A stretch of DNA of 64,000 nt from Clostridia bacterium. GTDB taxonomy: Bacteria; Bacillota; Clostridia; UBA1212. Every line of letters starts with the position of its first letter. Positions within the stretch are counted from its first letter, which is position 1. Positions 29,786 through 38,793 of this stretch are shown here, piece by piece. The position numbers and the translations under genes were made by a program. The DNA is taken from positions 1,008-65,007 of the forward strand of contig JAFTXP010000017.1 in NCBI GenBank assembly GCA_017461545.1, given 5' to 3'. The notes under the pieces were generated by a model. It worked only from the letters and a program-made list of their open reading frames with translations, searched no databases and was not told the origin of the DNA.

Positions 29786-30055
29786 ATGAAAATTAATGAG
29801 AGTTTTTTATTGAAGAATATTGCAGGAAAGAATGTTGTCGTACCGGTCGGCGAAGCAGGCAAGAAACTTAACGGTATGATTACTCTGAAAAATGATTCAT
29901 CTGTATATATTTGGAAATGTTTCAAAGAAGATGTTTCAATAGAAGAAGTTGCTGATAAAATTGTCAAAGAATTTAATATAGACAGAGAAAAGGCTGTTGC
30001 ATATGTGAACAGTTTTATTGAAAAGCTTTCTCCGTACGGTGTTTTTTGCAAATGA
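29786..30055 (+). CDS. PqqD-family protein (RiPP recognition element-like), copy A
   Basis: 89 aa. Pattern LLKNIAGKNVVVP...MITLKNDSSVYIWKCFKEDVSIEEVADKIVKEFNIDREKAVAYVNSFIEKL matches the PqqD fold length and layout. Confidence 0.65.
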   Translation: MKINESFLLKNIAGKNVVVPVGEAGKKLNGMITLKNDSSVYIWKCFKEDVSIEEVADKIVKEFNIDREKAVAYVNSFIEKLSPYGVFCK

Positions 30056-30537
30056 TGGATATTAAGGGTAAAGACAGCGGAAAATTTATAAAAGAGAATA
30101 TTGGTTTATACATTTCCGACGTCAAATCTGTTGTTGATGACGGCGGAAAGTTTTTTTTACGCATCACCGGGACAAGTATGCTCCCTTTTTTGAAAAACGG
30201 ACGGGATGTTGCCGTGTTGTCAAAGCCTTCAGGACTGAAAAAATATGAAACAGCATTTTATGTCAGGTCAAACGGTCATGTTGTGCTGCATAGAATTGTT
30301 GCGGAACACGGTGGTTTTTATGATTTCTGCGGAGACCACCAAACTGAGATTGAAAAGAATATTCCCAAAGAGAATGTGATTGCTGTAATGCGTGAATATG
30401 AGAAAGATGGTAAATTGTATTCATGTAATAAAATGTCATATAAAATTAAAGCCGTGCTCTGGGTAAAGTCACGGCTTGTCAGAAAATATTCTAGAAAAAT
30501 AAAAATAAAAATTAAGCATTTGGTGAAACAACAATAG
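30052..30537 (+). CDS. S24/S26-family serine peptidase-like protein, copy A
   Basis: ATGA overlap with the PqqD stop. ITGTSMLPFLKNGRDV (GxSMxP Ser motif), VLHRIV and CGDHQ. Basic C-terminal tail. Confidence 0.65.
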   Translation: MMDIKGKDSGKFIKENIGLYISDVKSVVDDGGKFFLRITGTSMLPFLKNGRDVAVLSKPSGLKKYETAFYVRSNGHVVLHRIVAEHGGFYDFCGDHQTEIEKNIPKENVIAVMREYEKDGKLYSCNKMSYKIKAVLWVKSRLVRKYSRKIKIKIKHLVKQQ

Positions 30538-32281
30538 TTTTTTGATTAGTATAAATAACCCTTCCGGGCTTTGCTCCGCCCGGTTTTTTTACATATTTGA
30601 CACGGGTATAATCAACTTCGACTTTTGAAGAAGTTTTCAGACTGCTGTGGCGCGCTGCGCAGACAGCTGCTTCTGTTACGGCACTATTTGTAATTATGCC
30701 GCCGTTTTGTGAGATACGTAAAATGACATGCGACCCGGGAGCGTCCTTTACATGAAACCATAGATCGTTGGGATTTGCTGTTTTGAGTGTAAGCGTATCA
30801 TTTTGTTTGTTGTTTTTTCCTATAAGGATTTCATAGTTGTCAGATGTGTATAAAGATATCGGAGCGCTTTCTGAGACTTTAAATTTTTGTTTTCCGTTAC
30901 GTTTATTCTTTTCAGAAATTACACCTAAGTATCCCTGTTCGGCAAGCTCTTCGCGAATATCTGCAATATCGGCACTTTCAGTACAACTCTCAAGATGTTC
31001 TTCCACACTCTTTAAATATTCAAGTTCTTCGATACATTTCTCCAATGACTGAATTGCATTTTCATAAGTGCTTTTTTTCTTTTTATACTTTTTATAATAG
31101 CTTTGAGCATTAAATGCGGCGGATTTATTTTTGTCCAAATCAATAACTATAGTTTCACCGTTTTCAGAATAGTAGTTTACAACTTCGATGTTTTCTTCGC
31201 CGCCTTTCAGCATATACATATTTGATGTGATAAGTTCACCTTTAATCCTGTATATATCGTAATTTTCAGATTCGCGAATAGCGGTGTCGTGAATTTGTAT
31301 CTTTTTTTCAGCACGGGCAACCGCATTGGAAAGACTTTTCTTTATGGAGGCCTTTTTCTGTCTGCTTCGCTCGATTGTATCTTTAGAAGTGAAATATTCA
31401 TCAAGCATAAGATTTATCGAACTGAAATATTTTACTTTTGACTCACAGAAGACGGTGTCGATACAGTGAAAATCAACCGGAACATCTTTTTCCGTTGGAG
31501 TATCGCCTATAATAACAGCAGGCTTATATGAGTGCATTGAGATATCATTGCATACTTTTTTGAGCTCTGAAAAAACACGTTTTAAAGATTCGTAAGGCAA
31601 TGAAAGAGCGGCGGACTGCGGCGATACTCCTGCCTTTAAACAAATTGTTTTGCAGAGAAGAGGACTGAAGCCGCTTAAATTATTTAAAATATATGACGAA
31701 ATGTTTCCGTTAAAGTTATCGGGAATCCGGCTCCTGACAAATTTGTCTACTTCTGCATCACAGTTTGGCTCTGTTTTATTCTGTTGCGGAGGTAATACAT
31801 ATGGATGTGCCGGTAAAACTTCTCTCAGACTGCTCATAGAGCTGTCGATATGTTTAATGGAGTCATATATAACACCGGTAGGGCTAAGGAGCATGATATT
31901 ACTGTGCCTGCCCATTATTTCTATTACAAGTTTTTTCTCAACCGGATCGCCGAGCTCATTGTATGTGTCAATCTTTATACTGATGACACGGTCAAAACCT
32001 GCCTGTCTTATCTCCGATATTTTTCCGCCCTGGATATGTTTTCTCAAAACCATACAGAAAGGCGGAGCAAACGCAGGATTTTCCTTTTTTTGTTTGGTGA
32101 GATGAATACGGGGATTCGCCGGACTTGCACTGAGTAAAAGACGGTACTTTTCGTGCATGGAATGGCATAACAAGATTATTTCATCCTGTTCTGTCTGATA
32201 TATTTTTTCTATTCGTCCGCCTGTAAGCAGTCCGGAAAGTTCCCACACAACTCCGGATGCAATGATACCGTCATATGGCAT
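30512..32281 (-). CDS. rqcH: Ribosome quality control protein RqcH (NFACT / FbpA family)
   Basis: 589 aa. N-terminus MPYDGIIASGVVWEL...GGRIEKIYQ, a coiled-coil middle, and the NFACT-R motif DLWFHVKDAPGSHVIL. Confidence 0.9.
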   Translation of the reverse strand: MPYDGIIASGVVWELSGLLTGGRIEKIYQTEQDEIILLCHSMHEKYRLLLSASPANPRIHLTKQKKENPAFAPPFCMVLRKHIQGGKISEIRQAGFDRVISIKIDTYNELGDPVEKKLVIEIMGRHSNIMLLSPTGVIYDSIKHIDSSMSSLREVLPAHPYVLPPQQNKTEPNCDAEVDKFVRSRIPDNFNGNISSYILNNLSGFSPLLCKTICLKAGVSPQSAALSLPYESLKRVFSELKKVCNDISMHSYKPAVIIGDTPTEKDVPVDFHCIDTVFCESKVKYFSSINLMLDEYFTSKDTIERSRQKKASIKKSLSNAVARAEKKIQIHDTAIRESENYDIYRIKGELITSNMYMLKGGEENIEVVNYYSENGETIVIDLDKNKSAAFNAQSYYKKYKKKKSTYENAIQSLEKCIEELEYLKSVEEHLESCTESADIADIREELAEQGYLGVISEKNKRNGKQKFKVSESAPISLYTSDNYEILIGKNNKQNDTLTLKTANPNDLWFHVKDAPGSHVILRISQNGGIITNSAVTEAAVCAARHSSLKTSSKVEVDYTRVKYVKKPGGAKPGRVIYTNQKTIVVSPNA

Positions 32282-32444
32282 TTTTAATATGCTCCTTTAA
32301 TAATTATTCTGTGAATATAATACCTTGACAGATTTTTATTAGCAATAGAAAATTCAAAATATTTCATCTTGCGATATGCATTTTTTATGTTACAATTGTT
32401 TGTAGACTTACAGAGAAAGTGTAAGTTTGTTTAGGAGAAATATT

Positions 32445-33443
32445 ATGGGATTATTTAAATCTGAAAAATATACGAAACCCGGAAAAGGTGTAGAAAAAAA
32501 CGAAAAACAAAAACGCCCCTTTTTCAGATTTTTTGAGTTGCTTTGGAGAAAAAAATATAAATTGATAGGGATAAATCTTATATATGTCCTTATGAATTGT
32601 GTTTCCGTAATTTTTGTGTGCGGAATATTCGCGGCTGCTGTAGGTCTGTACGGAATGTTTTTAGGCGGTTCAGATTGGGTAAGCAACTTTTTTGCTTCAA
32701 GCAGTTCGGATTTGTATTTCAAGTTTATGATGTTTTTTGCAATATTCTTAACGTCTGTTCCTATATATGCGATTGGTCCGTTGCAGGCCGGTTTTACATA
32801 TATAATGAAGTCGTTTGTGAAAGAAGAACCTTGTTTTTTGTGGCACGATTATATAAGCAAGGCACGTTCCAACAGAAAACTTGCGTGGCAGGTCAGTCTG
32901 ATAAACGGTATTGCTGCGACTCTTCTGATTTTAAATTTTGCTGCATATCTGATTATAAGTGATCCTGAGGGTCCTTTCGCAGGTGCCATACCAGGGTTTA
33001 TACTGTTTATTGTTGCGCTTGTAATCATAGCACTTTTCATGATACTGGTGATGATTAATCTGTATACGTATCACATGATGGTTACATTTCGTGTCACATT
33101 GAAGCAGCTGTATAAAAACTCATTTATTCTTGTTCTTATGAAGTGGCTGCCGAATTTGCTGATGCTGATTCTTGAGGGAGTCATAATAGGTATTCCTATT
33201 TTCCTGATAGTTACGGAATATTTTGATTTTATCGTAAGTCTGTTATTATACATTTTTATAACTCCGGCATTTATAGGATTTTTAAATAATTTCTATATTT
33301 ATCCGACTATAAAAAAGTATTTAATAGACAATCCGAATGCAGATAAGTCTAAAAGTGTGCAGGAGGAAATCGAAGAGAGTAAAGAGATCGAAGAACCGGC
33401 GACAAACGGTAGGTTTGAAAACGGAATGTGGATAGAAGATTAA
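32445..33443 (+). CDS. DUF624/YesL-like multi-pass membrane protein
   Basis: SD aggag before the ATG at 32445. FFRFFELLWRKKYKLIGINLIYVLMN and about 6 TM segments. Acidic C-terminal tail. Confidence 0.5.
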   Translation: MGLFKSEKYTKPGKGVEKNEKQKRPFFRFFELLWRKKYKLIGINLIYVLMNCVSVIFVCGIFAAAVGLYGMFLGGSDWVSNFFASSSSDLYFKFMMFFAIFLTSVPIYAIGPLQAGFTYIMKSFVKEEPCFLWHDYISKARSNRKLAWQVSLINGIAATLLILNFAAYLIISDPEGPFAGAIPGFILFIVALVIIALFMILVMINLYTYHMMVTFRVTLKQLYKNSFILVLMKWLPNLLMLILEGVIIGIPIFLIVTEYFDFIVSLLLYIFITPAFIGFLNNFYIYPTIKKYLIDNPNADKSKSVQEEIEESKEIEEPATNGRFENGMWIED

Positions 33444-33541
33444 AGGTTGTTTCATCGAAAAATGATTTGAATAGTTTTTATTTATTCGGTACAACATAAC
33501 AAAAGTTTAGATTAAGTAACAGAAGGGATAGTGTGTGGTTT

Positions 33542-34615
33542 ATGAGTAATTCATACATAAAGACAAAAAAGTCGGGCAGCAAAGCCGTAATTATTATATT
33601 GTCGTCTGTATTGGCTGTTGTTTTGATTGTGGCAATAGTTTTAGCTGTTATTCTGATAAATAAGTCAGATGATAAGGACAAAGGTTCGGATAATAGTTTG
33701 AGTAATAGTTCAATCGACAGTTCCGGTGACGGTAATGTAGATCCTAATAGCAGTTCAGGTGACAGCTCAAATGATGGAAGTACGCAGGAATCTCCTGCTG
33801 AAACCGATGAAAATACTATTGCAACAAGATTCAGTGTTCCTGAAGGATATATAAGAGTAGATGTAGAAGCGGGCAGCTTTGCCGAATATATAAGAAATTA
33901 TACACTGAAGCCAAAAGGTTCGATTGCATACTATTATGATGATGAAACCGGCTCTTATTTTGAAAATAAAGAGGCTTCGACAGTAGGTGTATTTGAGTTG
34001 CCTAACCAGCTTAATAGATGGATGCAGTGTGCTGATTCAGTAATAATGTTGTATGCCGAGTACCTTTATTCACAACAGAAGTACAGTGAAATTTCATTTA
34101 CTTTTGCAAATGGATTTGAGTGTGATTGGCTTACGTATTCACAAGGAAACCGATTTAATTCTTCCAACAGCACATGGGAGTTAAAGGCAGATCCGGATGA
34201 TTCATATGAATCTTTTCAGAAGTATCTTGATCTTGTATATCAGTATGCAAATACCGATTCACTTGCGAGAGATATGAGTTCCAGTCCTGCTATGCAGGAT
34301 ATAAGCATCGGTGATGCATTTGTCGTAGGCGTTTCCCAATTACAGGCAGTAGCCGCTGCTGTCGCACCCGGCATAGACATAAAATACGGACATGCGATAT
34401 TTGTTGCAGATGTTGCTGTAAATCCCACTACAGGTGAGTGTATTTTTATGCTTGCAGAGGGTAATACGCCTGCTACCGATATTACAATCATTGAAAATCC
34501 GGATACTTCAATGGGTGTTTGGTTTAAATTCAACGAAGTAGGATCATTTGTAAAGAACGAAAACCCCGGAATTCCGTGGTCTGCAGCATGGCTTAAGAGA
34601 TTTCCCGGACAGTGA
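33542..34615 (+). CDS. DUF4846-like membrane-anchored protein
   Basis: N-terminal TM and an S/D/G-rich linker. The C-terminal region ...YGHAIFVADVAVNPTTGECIFMLAEGNTPATDITIIENP...W matches the DUF4846 pattern as remembered. An alternative GTG start lies at 33533. Confidence 0.55.
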   Translation: MSNSYIKTKKSGSKAVIIILSSVLAVVLIVAIVLAVILINKSDDKDKGSDNSLSNSSIDSSGDGNVDPNSSSGDSSNDGSTQESPAETDENTIATRFSVPEGYIRVDVEAGSFAEYIRNYTLKPKGSIAYYYDDETGSYFENKEASTVGVFELPNQLNRWMQCADSVIMLYAEYLYSQQKYSEISFTFANGFECDWLTYSQGNRFNSSNSTWELKADPDDSYESFQKYLDLVYQYANTDSLARDMSSSPAMQDISIGDAFVVGVSQLQAVAAAVAPGIDIKYGHAIFVADVAVNPTTGECIFMLAEGNTPATDITIIENPDTSMGVWFKFNEVGSFVKNENPGIPWSAAWLKRFPGQ

Positions 34616-34648
34616 CAAATTGTGTAATAAAAACTAAAAAATAGGACA

Positions 34649-34688
34649 AAATAACCACCTAAGATAATAATCAAAGGTGGTTATTTTT
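34649..34688 (+). promoter_or_regulatory. 12-bp perfect hairpin that contains the sleB Shine-Dalgarno (terminator and/or translational block)
   Basis: aaataaccacct (34649..34660) pairs with aggtggttattt (34675..34686). The SD aaaggtgg lies in the 3' arm. tt then the ATG at 34689 follow. Confidence 0.5.
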
Positions 34689-35435
34689 ATGAACAGAAAA
34701 AAACTGTATGAGGTCATATGTGTATTAACTGTTATAGCAATCTTTGCTTCGTCATTAATTATTGGTGAATCATACTTTTACGGCAGTAATGATTTTATCG
34801 GTATCAGCGAAAATGATGAGGTTATAGCAGAGGCGCAGGATGCGTTGTCAAAAAGAGGTTCATACGGAAGCGAAGTCCGCCAGATTCAGACGAAACTGAA
34901 AAACTGGGGATATTATAACGGTGATATTGACGGGATATACGGCAGCAGGACAGAAAGTGCGGTAAAAAGTTTTCAGCGTAAAAACGGTCTGACCGTTGAC
35001 GGTATAGCAGGACCTGCCACTCTTGCTGCAATGGGGATATCTTCGGGATCGTCGGGTTCAACATCCGTATCGGCTTCTTCAGCAAATGTAGAGCTTCTGG
35101 CAAGAATCATATACGGAGAGGCAAGAGGCGAACCTTACGCAGGACAAGTTGCAATAGCGGCAGTTGTTCTTAACCGAGTGGAAGATAGCAGATTTCCAAA
35201 GACGATTTCCGGGGTAATTTATCAGTCCGGTGCTTTTGATGCGGTTTCAGACGGACAGATAAATTATACGCCTAACTCAACTGCGTATCAGGCGGCAAGA
35301 GATGCGTTAAACGGATGGGATCCGACCTACGGCAGTATATACTATTATAATCCTGTAACTGCAACAAACAGATGGATAAAGACTCTGCCTATAACTGTAA
35401 CAATAGGAAAGCATGTTTTTTCTGTAGGAAAGTAG
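34689..35435 (+). CDS. sleB: Spore cortex-lytic enzyme SleB-like (PG_binding_1 + Hydrolase_2)
   Basis: GSEVRQIQTKLKNWGYYNGDIDGIYGSRTESAVKSFQRKNGLTVDGIAGPATL (PG-binding) and IIYGEARGEPYAGQVAIAAVVLNRV...FPKTISGVIYQSGAFDAV (SleB hydrolase). Confidence 0.88.
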   Translation: MNRKKLYEVICVLTVIAIFASSLIIGESYFYGSNDFIGISENDEVIAEAQDALSKRGSYGSEVRQIQTKLKNWGYYNGDIDGIYGSRTESAVKSFQRKNGLTVDGIAGPATLAAMGISSGSSGSTSVSASSANVELLARIIYGEARGEPYAGQVAIAAVVLNRVEDSRFPKTISGVIYQSGAFDAVSDGQINYTPNSTAYQAARDALNGWDPTYGSIYYYNPVTATNRWIKTLPITVTIGKHVFSVGK

Positions 35436-35538
35436 TTTAATTTTGTAAAAAATCAACAGATATGTATTTACTTTGAATAACAGATTACATTATTATATTT
35501 TTTTAAAGTATGAGATAAAAGGAGTGGAGATGTAACAA

Positions 35539-35808
35539 ATGCAGTATAAGATATGTGACAATATTGAAGTAACTGAAGTTTCCGGAGAAGAATTTATAAT
35601 ATGTTTTGATGTCGAAAGCGGAGAATCTCATGTGCTTGATGTTGCGGCAACGGCTGTTTTAAATACCGTCGGAAAAGGTATGTCTTTAGAGGCTGCCGTT
35701 AATGCGATTGCGGCGGAGTTCGAGGCAGAACCGGGTGAGATAGCAGGAGATGTAGCCGCATTTACACAGACTTTGATTGAAAAGAAAATCATTGAAAAGG
35801 CTGTGTAA
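35539..35808 (+). CDS. PqqD-family protein, copy B
   Basis: 89 aa. EVSGEEFIICFDVESGESHVLDVAATAVLNTVGKGMSLEAAVNAIAAEFEAEPGEIAGDVAAFTQTLIEKKII is the PqqD layout. Confidence 0.65.
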   Translation: MQYKICDNIEVTEVSGEEFIICFDVESGESHVLDVAATAVLNTVGKGMSLEAAVNAIAAEFEAEPGEIAGDVAAFTQTLIEKKIIEKAV

Positions 35809-35815
35809 TACATAA

Positions 35816-36178
35816 ATGGGTATTGAAAGTATTAACGAGAAAAATTTGCTCAGAACAATTTTTTTGCGGCAGATAAAAATTGACAATTTAATTGAAATAC
35901 GCGGTTTCAGCATGGAGCCGACATATTATGCCGGCGATAAGGTCAAGGTAGAAACCGCACCCTGCTATAAAGTGGGTGATGTTGTTATCGCAATAGATGA
36001 CCCTTGCAGACTTCTGATACACAGAGTAGTAGAGGTTATACACGGAGCAGGCGATGAAGGTATAGTTTATAAAATTAAAGGCGATAATGCAGAAGCCTGT
36101 GAAATGATTCCTGCGAAGTATTGTCTTGCAAAAGTCACGGAAGATAAGCAGAATCTTAAGTCAGAGAGGCGGAAATAA
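35816..36178 (+). CDS. S24/S26-family serine peptidase-like protein, copy B
   Basis: 120 aa. IRGFSMEPTYYAGDKV (GxSMxPT), LIHRVV and KIKGDN (box-E-like). Confidence 0.65.
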   Translation: MGIESINEKNLLRTIFLRQIKIDNLIEIRGFSMEPTYYAGDKVKVETAPCYKVGDVVIAIDDPCRLLIHRVVEVIHGAGDEGIVYKIKGDNAEACEMIPAKYCLAKVTEDKQNLKSERRK

Positions 36179-36180
36179 AT

Positions 36181-37218
36181 ATGACAGAAGGCGCAATGAT
36201 AAGCGGTGCATACATAGAGATAACAAACAGATGTAATCTTAATTGCAGGGATTGCTACAATGCTTCGGGTTTAAATCGTACAACCTGCGAGATTTCGCCG
36301 GAGGATTTGGAAAAGTTTATAACGATGCTCTATGAAGGATGCGATGCAAAAGCTTTTTCTATTTCAGGCGGAGAGCCGACCATGCATACGAGATGGAACG
36401 AAGTGTGTGACATGATTGAACGAATGAAGCATATAAAGTTTACCGTTATTACAAACGGTACTACGGGAAATAAAAGGCTTAAAGAGCTTTTAGAAAATAA
36501 TGACCATGTGACGGTTCAGTACAGTATCGACGGTACCTGTGCCGAAATACACGACCAGATGAGGGGCAAAGGTAAATTCGATATTACCATGAAAAATATT
36601 TCTGAGATGAATCCTAAAATTAAACCGTATTTCCACATGGTTGTAGCTCCTTTCAACCGTGACAATGTTAAAGACTATTTTGAATTTGCGGAAGAGCACA
36701 ACGCGACCCCGACATTTTCTTTTACCTCAAAACACGGCAATGCGAGTGATAATTGGGATGAGATTTCAATGAATGACTCACAGCGTCTTGAGTCGCTGAC
36801 GGTGATTATTGACGAGTATAAAAAGAGAAAAATAGAGAATATTCCGGCTCCTTTTTGTACGGTCAAGTGTGCACTTACGGATCCTGCAAACAAGTTTAAT
36901 TTGTGTGTAACACCTTACGGCGATATCTATCCGTGTCAAGGTCTTTATGATAAAAAATTTTCGCTCGGTATATTGCATGATTTTAATTTAAGTGCGATAA
37001 TAAAAAAAGCGGAGAAGATGAGACAAACGCTGATTGAGCGCACCGAAAAAGATTACGGTTGTAAACGCTGTTTGGTTCGTTCCGTTTGCGGAAAAGGCTG
37101 TGCGGCATCCGCTTATACGCTGTGCGGCGACATAATGGGCTTTGACGGCGATTGCGGTTACAGGCGAAAAGTTTTGATAAAATACTATCTTATGCCATCT
37201 GCTAGGGGTATTTCCTGA
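36181..37218 (+). CDS. Radical SAM enzyme with C-terminal SPASM domain
   Basis: ITNRCNLNCRDCYN (CxxxCxxC), SGGEPTM, and the C-terminal auxiliary-cluster motif YPCQG...CKRCLVRSVCGKGCAASAY (Cx2Cx5Cx3C). Confidence 0.85.
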   Translation: MTEGAMISGAYIEITNRCNLNCRDCYNASGLNRTTCEISPEDLEKFITMLYEGCDAKAFSISGGEPTMHTRWNEVCDMIERMKHIKFTVITNGTTGNKRLKELLENNDHVTVQYSIDGTCAEIHDQMRGKGKFDITMKNISEMNPKIKPYFHMVVAPFNRDNVKDYFEFAEEHNATPTFSFTSKHGNASDNWDEISMNDSQRLESLTVIIDEYKKRKIENIPAPFCTVKCALTDPANKFNLCVTPYGDIYPCQGLYDKKFSLGILHDFNLSAIIKKAEKMRQTLIERTEKDYGCKRCLVRSVCGKGCAASAYTLCGDIMGFDGDCGYRRKVLIKYYLMPSARGIS

Positions 37219-37328
37219 CTTTCTTCATAATTACAAATGCTTTGAGAAGTTACTGTTCTGAACTTTTTAGTTTCATCGTCATATTATTTATTATGTATTT
37301 TTAATTTTATTTCGGAAGGTGACTTTTT

Positions 37329-38681
37329 ATGGCAAGAATGTTTGGAACTGACGGTGTTCGCGGTGTAGCTAACAAAGAACTTACTCCGCTTCTGGCATTT
37401 AAACTCGGTCGTGCAGGCGCGTACGTGCTCGCAATGGCTAAACATCATAAGCCCACAATTATCGTTGGATGTGATACAAGACTTTCATGCAGTATGCTTG
37501 AAAATGCTCTTGTTGCCGGTATCTGTTCTACAGGTGCCACTGCTATGTGTGCAGGCGTTATTCCTACACCGGCTATTGCATATCTCACAAGAAAATATGA
37601 GGCTGATGCGGGCGTTATGATTTCTGCGTCACATAATTCATTCGAATTCAACGGTATAAAATTCTTCAGTGACCAGGGATATAAACTCCTTGATGAGACA
37701 GAAGACCAGATAGAAAGTTATGTAACAGCAGAGGAGGACACTCTTCCGAATCCTGTAGGTGAAAATCTCGGAAAGCGCATTGAGTGCACTACAGCATTTG
37801 ATGACTATCTTAGCTATCTTGTGGAGACAGCAGGATGCAGCCTCAAAGGTCTTAAAATTGTTCTTGACTGTGCAAACGGCGCATCGTACAGAGTTGCTCC
37901 TGCGTTGTTCGAAAAACTCGGTGCTGATATTACTGTTATTCATAACGAACCTACCGGTGTAAATATTAATAAAAAGTGCGGATCTACACATATGGAGTCA
38001 CTTTGTGAAAAAGTTAAAGAAATCGGTGCAGATATCGGATTTGCTTTTGACGGTGATGCAGACAGACTTTTGGCAGTTGATGAGAACGGAGAGATGGTTG
38101 ACGGTGACGCAATCATGTCTATCCTTGCTATCGCGCTTAAGAAAAAAGGTTTGCTCGTAAGAAATACACTTGTTATAACAATCATGAGTAATATGGGTGT
38201 TGATATCATGGCCAAAGCAAACGGCATTGATATTGTAAAGACAAAAGTAGGCGACAGATATGTTCTCGAAGAAATGCTCAAGAGCGGTTATGTCTTGGGC
38301 GGAGAGCAGTCTGGTCACGTTATTGCGCTTCAGCACAATACTACAGGTGACGGTTTGCTCACAGCTCTCAAGGTTGCCGAAATAGTTGCTTCGGAGAAGA
38401 AGAAGCTTTCAGAACTTGCTTCTGTATATACTGCGCTTCCCCAGGTTCTTATAAATGCCAAAGTCAGAAATGACCTTAAGTACTCATTTATGGAGAATGA
38501 GGATATAAAAGCTATGTGCGAGGAACTCGAAAACGAGTTCAACGGCGAGGGCAGAGTTGTTATCCGTCCGTCCGGTACAGAGCCGATTGTAAGAGTTATG
38601 ATTGAGGGCAAGGACTACGAGTATATCAAGCGCCGTGCGGAGCTTCTTGCAGCTCTTATCGAGAGTAAACTCGGTATTTGA
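37329..38681 (+). CDS. glmM: Phosphoglucosamine mutase
   Basis: MFGTDGVRGVAN, active-site SASHNSFEFNGIKFF, FDGDADR, and GEQSGH. Confidence 0.97.
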   Translation: MARMFGTDGVRGVANKELTPLLAFKLGRAGAYVLAMAKHHKPTIIVGCDTRLSCSMLENALVAGICSTGATAMCAGVIPTPAIAYLTRKYEADAGVMISASHNSFEFNGIKFFSDQGYKLLDETEDQIESYVTAEEDTLPNPVGENLGKRIECTTAFDDYLSYLVETAGCSLKGLKIVLDCANGASYRVAPALFEKLGADITVIHNEPTGVNINKKCGSTHMESLCEKVKEIGADIGFAFDGDADRLLAVDENGEMVDGDAIMSILAIALKKKGLLVRNTLVITIMSNMGVDIMAKANGIDIVKTKVGDRYVLEEMLKSGYVLGGEQSGHVIALQHNTTGDGLLTALKVAEIVASEKKKLSELASVYTALPQVLINAKVRNDLKYSFMENEDIKAMCEELENEFNGEGRVVIRPSGTEPIVRVMIEGKDYEYIKRRAELLAALIESKLGI

Positions 38682-38701
38682 TAATTAATAAAAGCATATT
38701 A

Positions 38702-38750
38702 CCCGATGAGGTAACTTTACATTCAGTGCAAAGCACCTCGTCGGGTTTTT
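38702..38750 (+). terminator. Rho-independent terminator after glmM
   Basis: cccgatgaggt / cacctcgtcggg stem (one G-U pair) with a long loop, then ttttt. Confidence 0.6.
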
Positions 38751-38793
38751 CTATGTGAAAGATAAATAATATATTAAATTTGGGTGAATTGAA

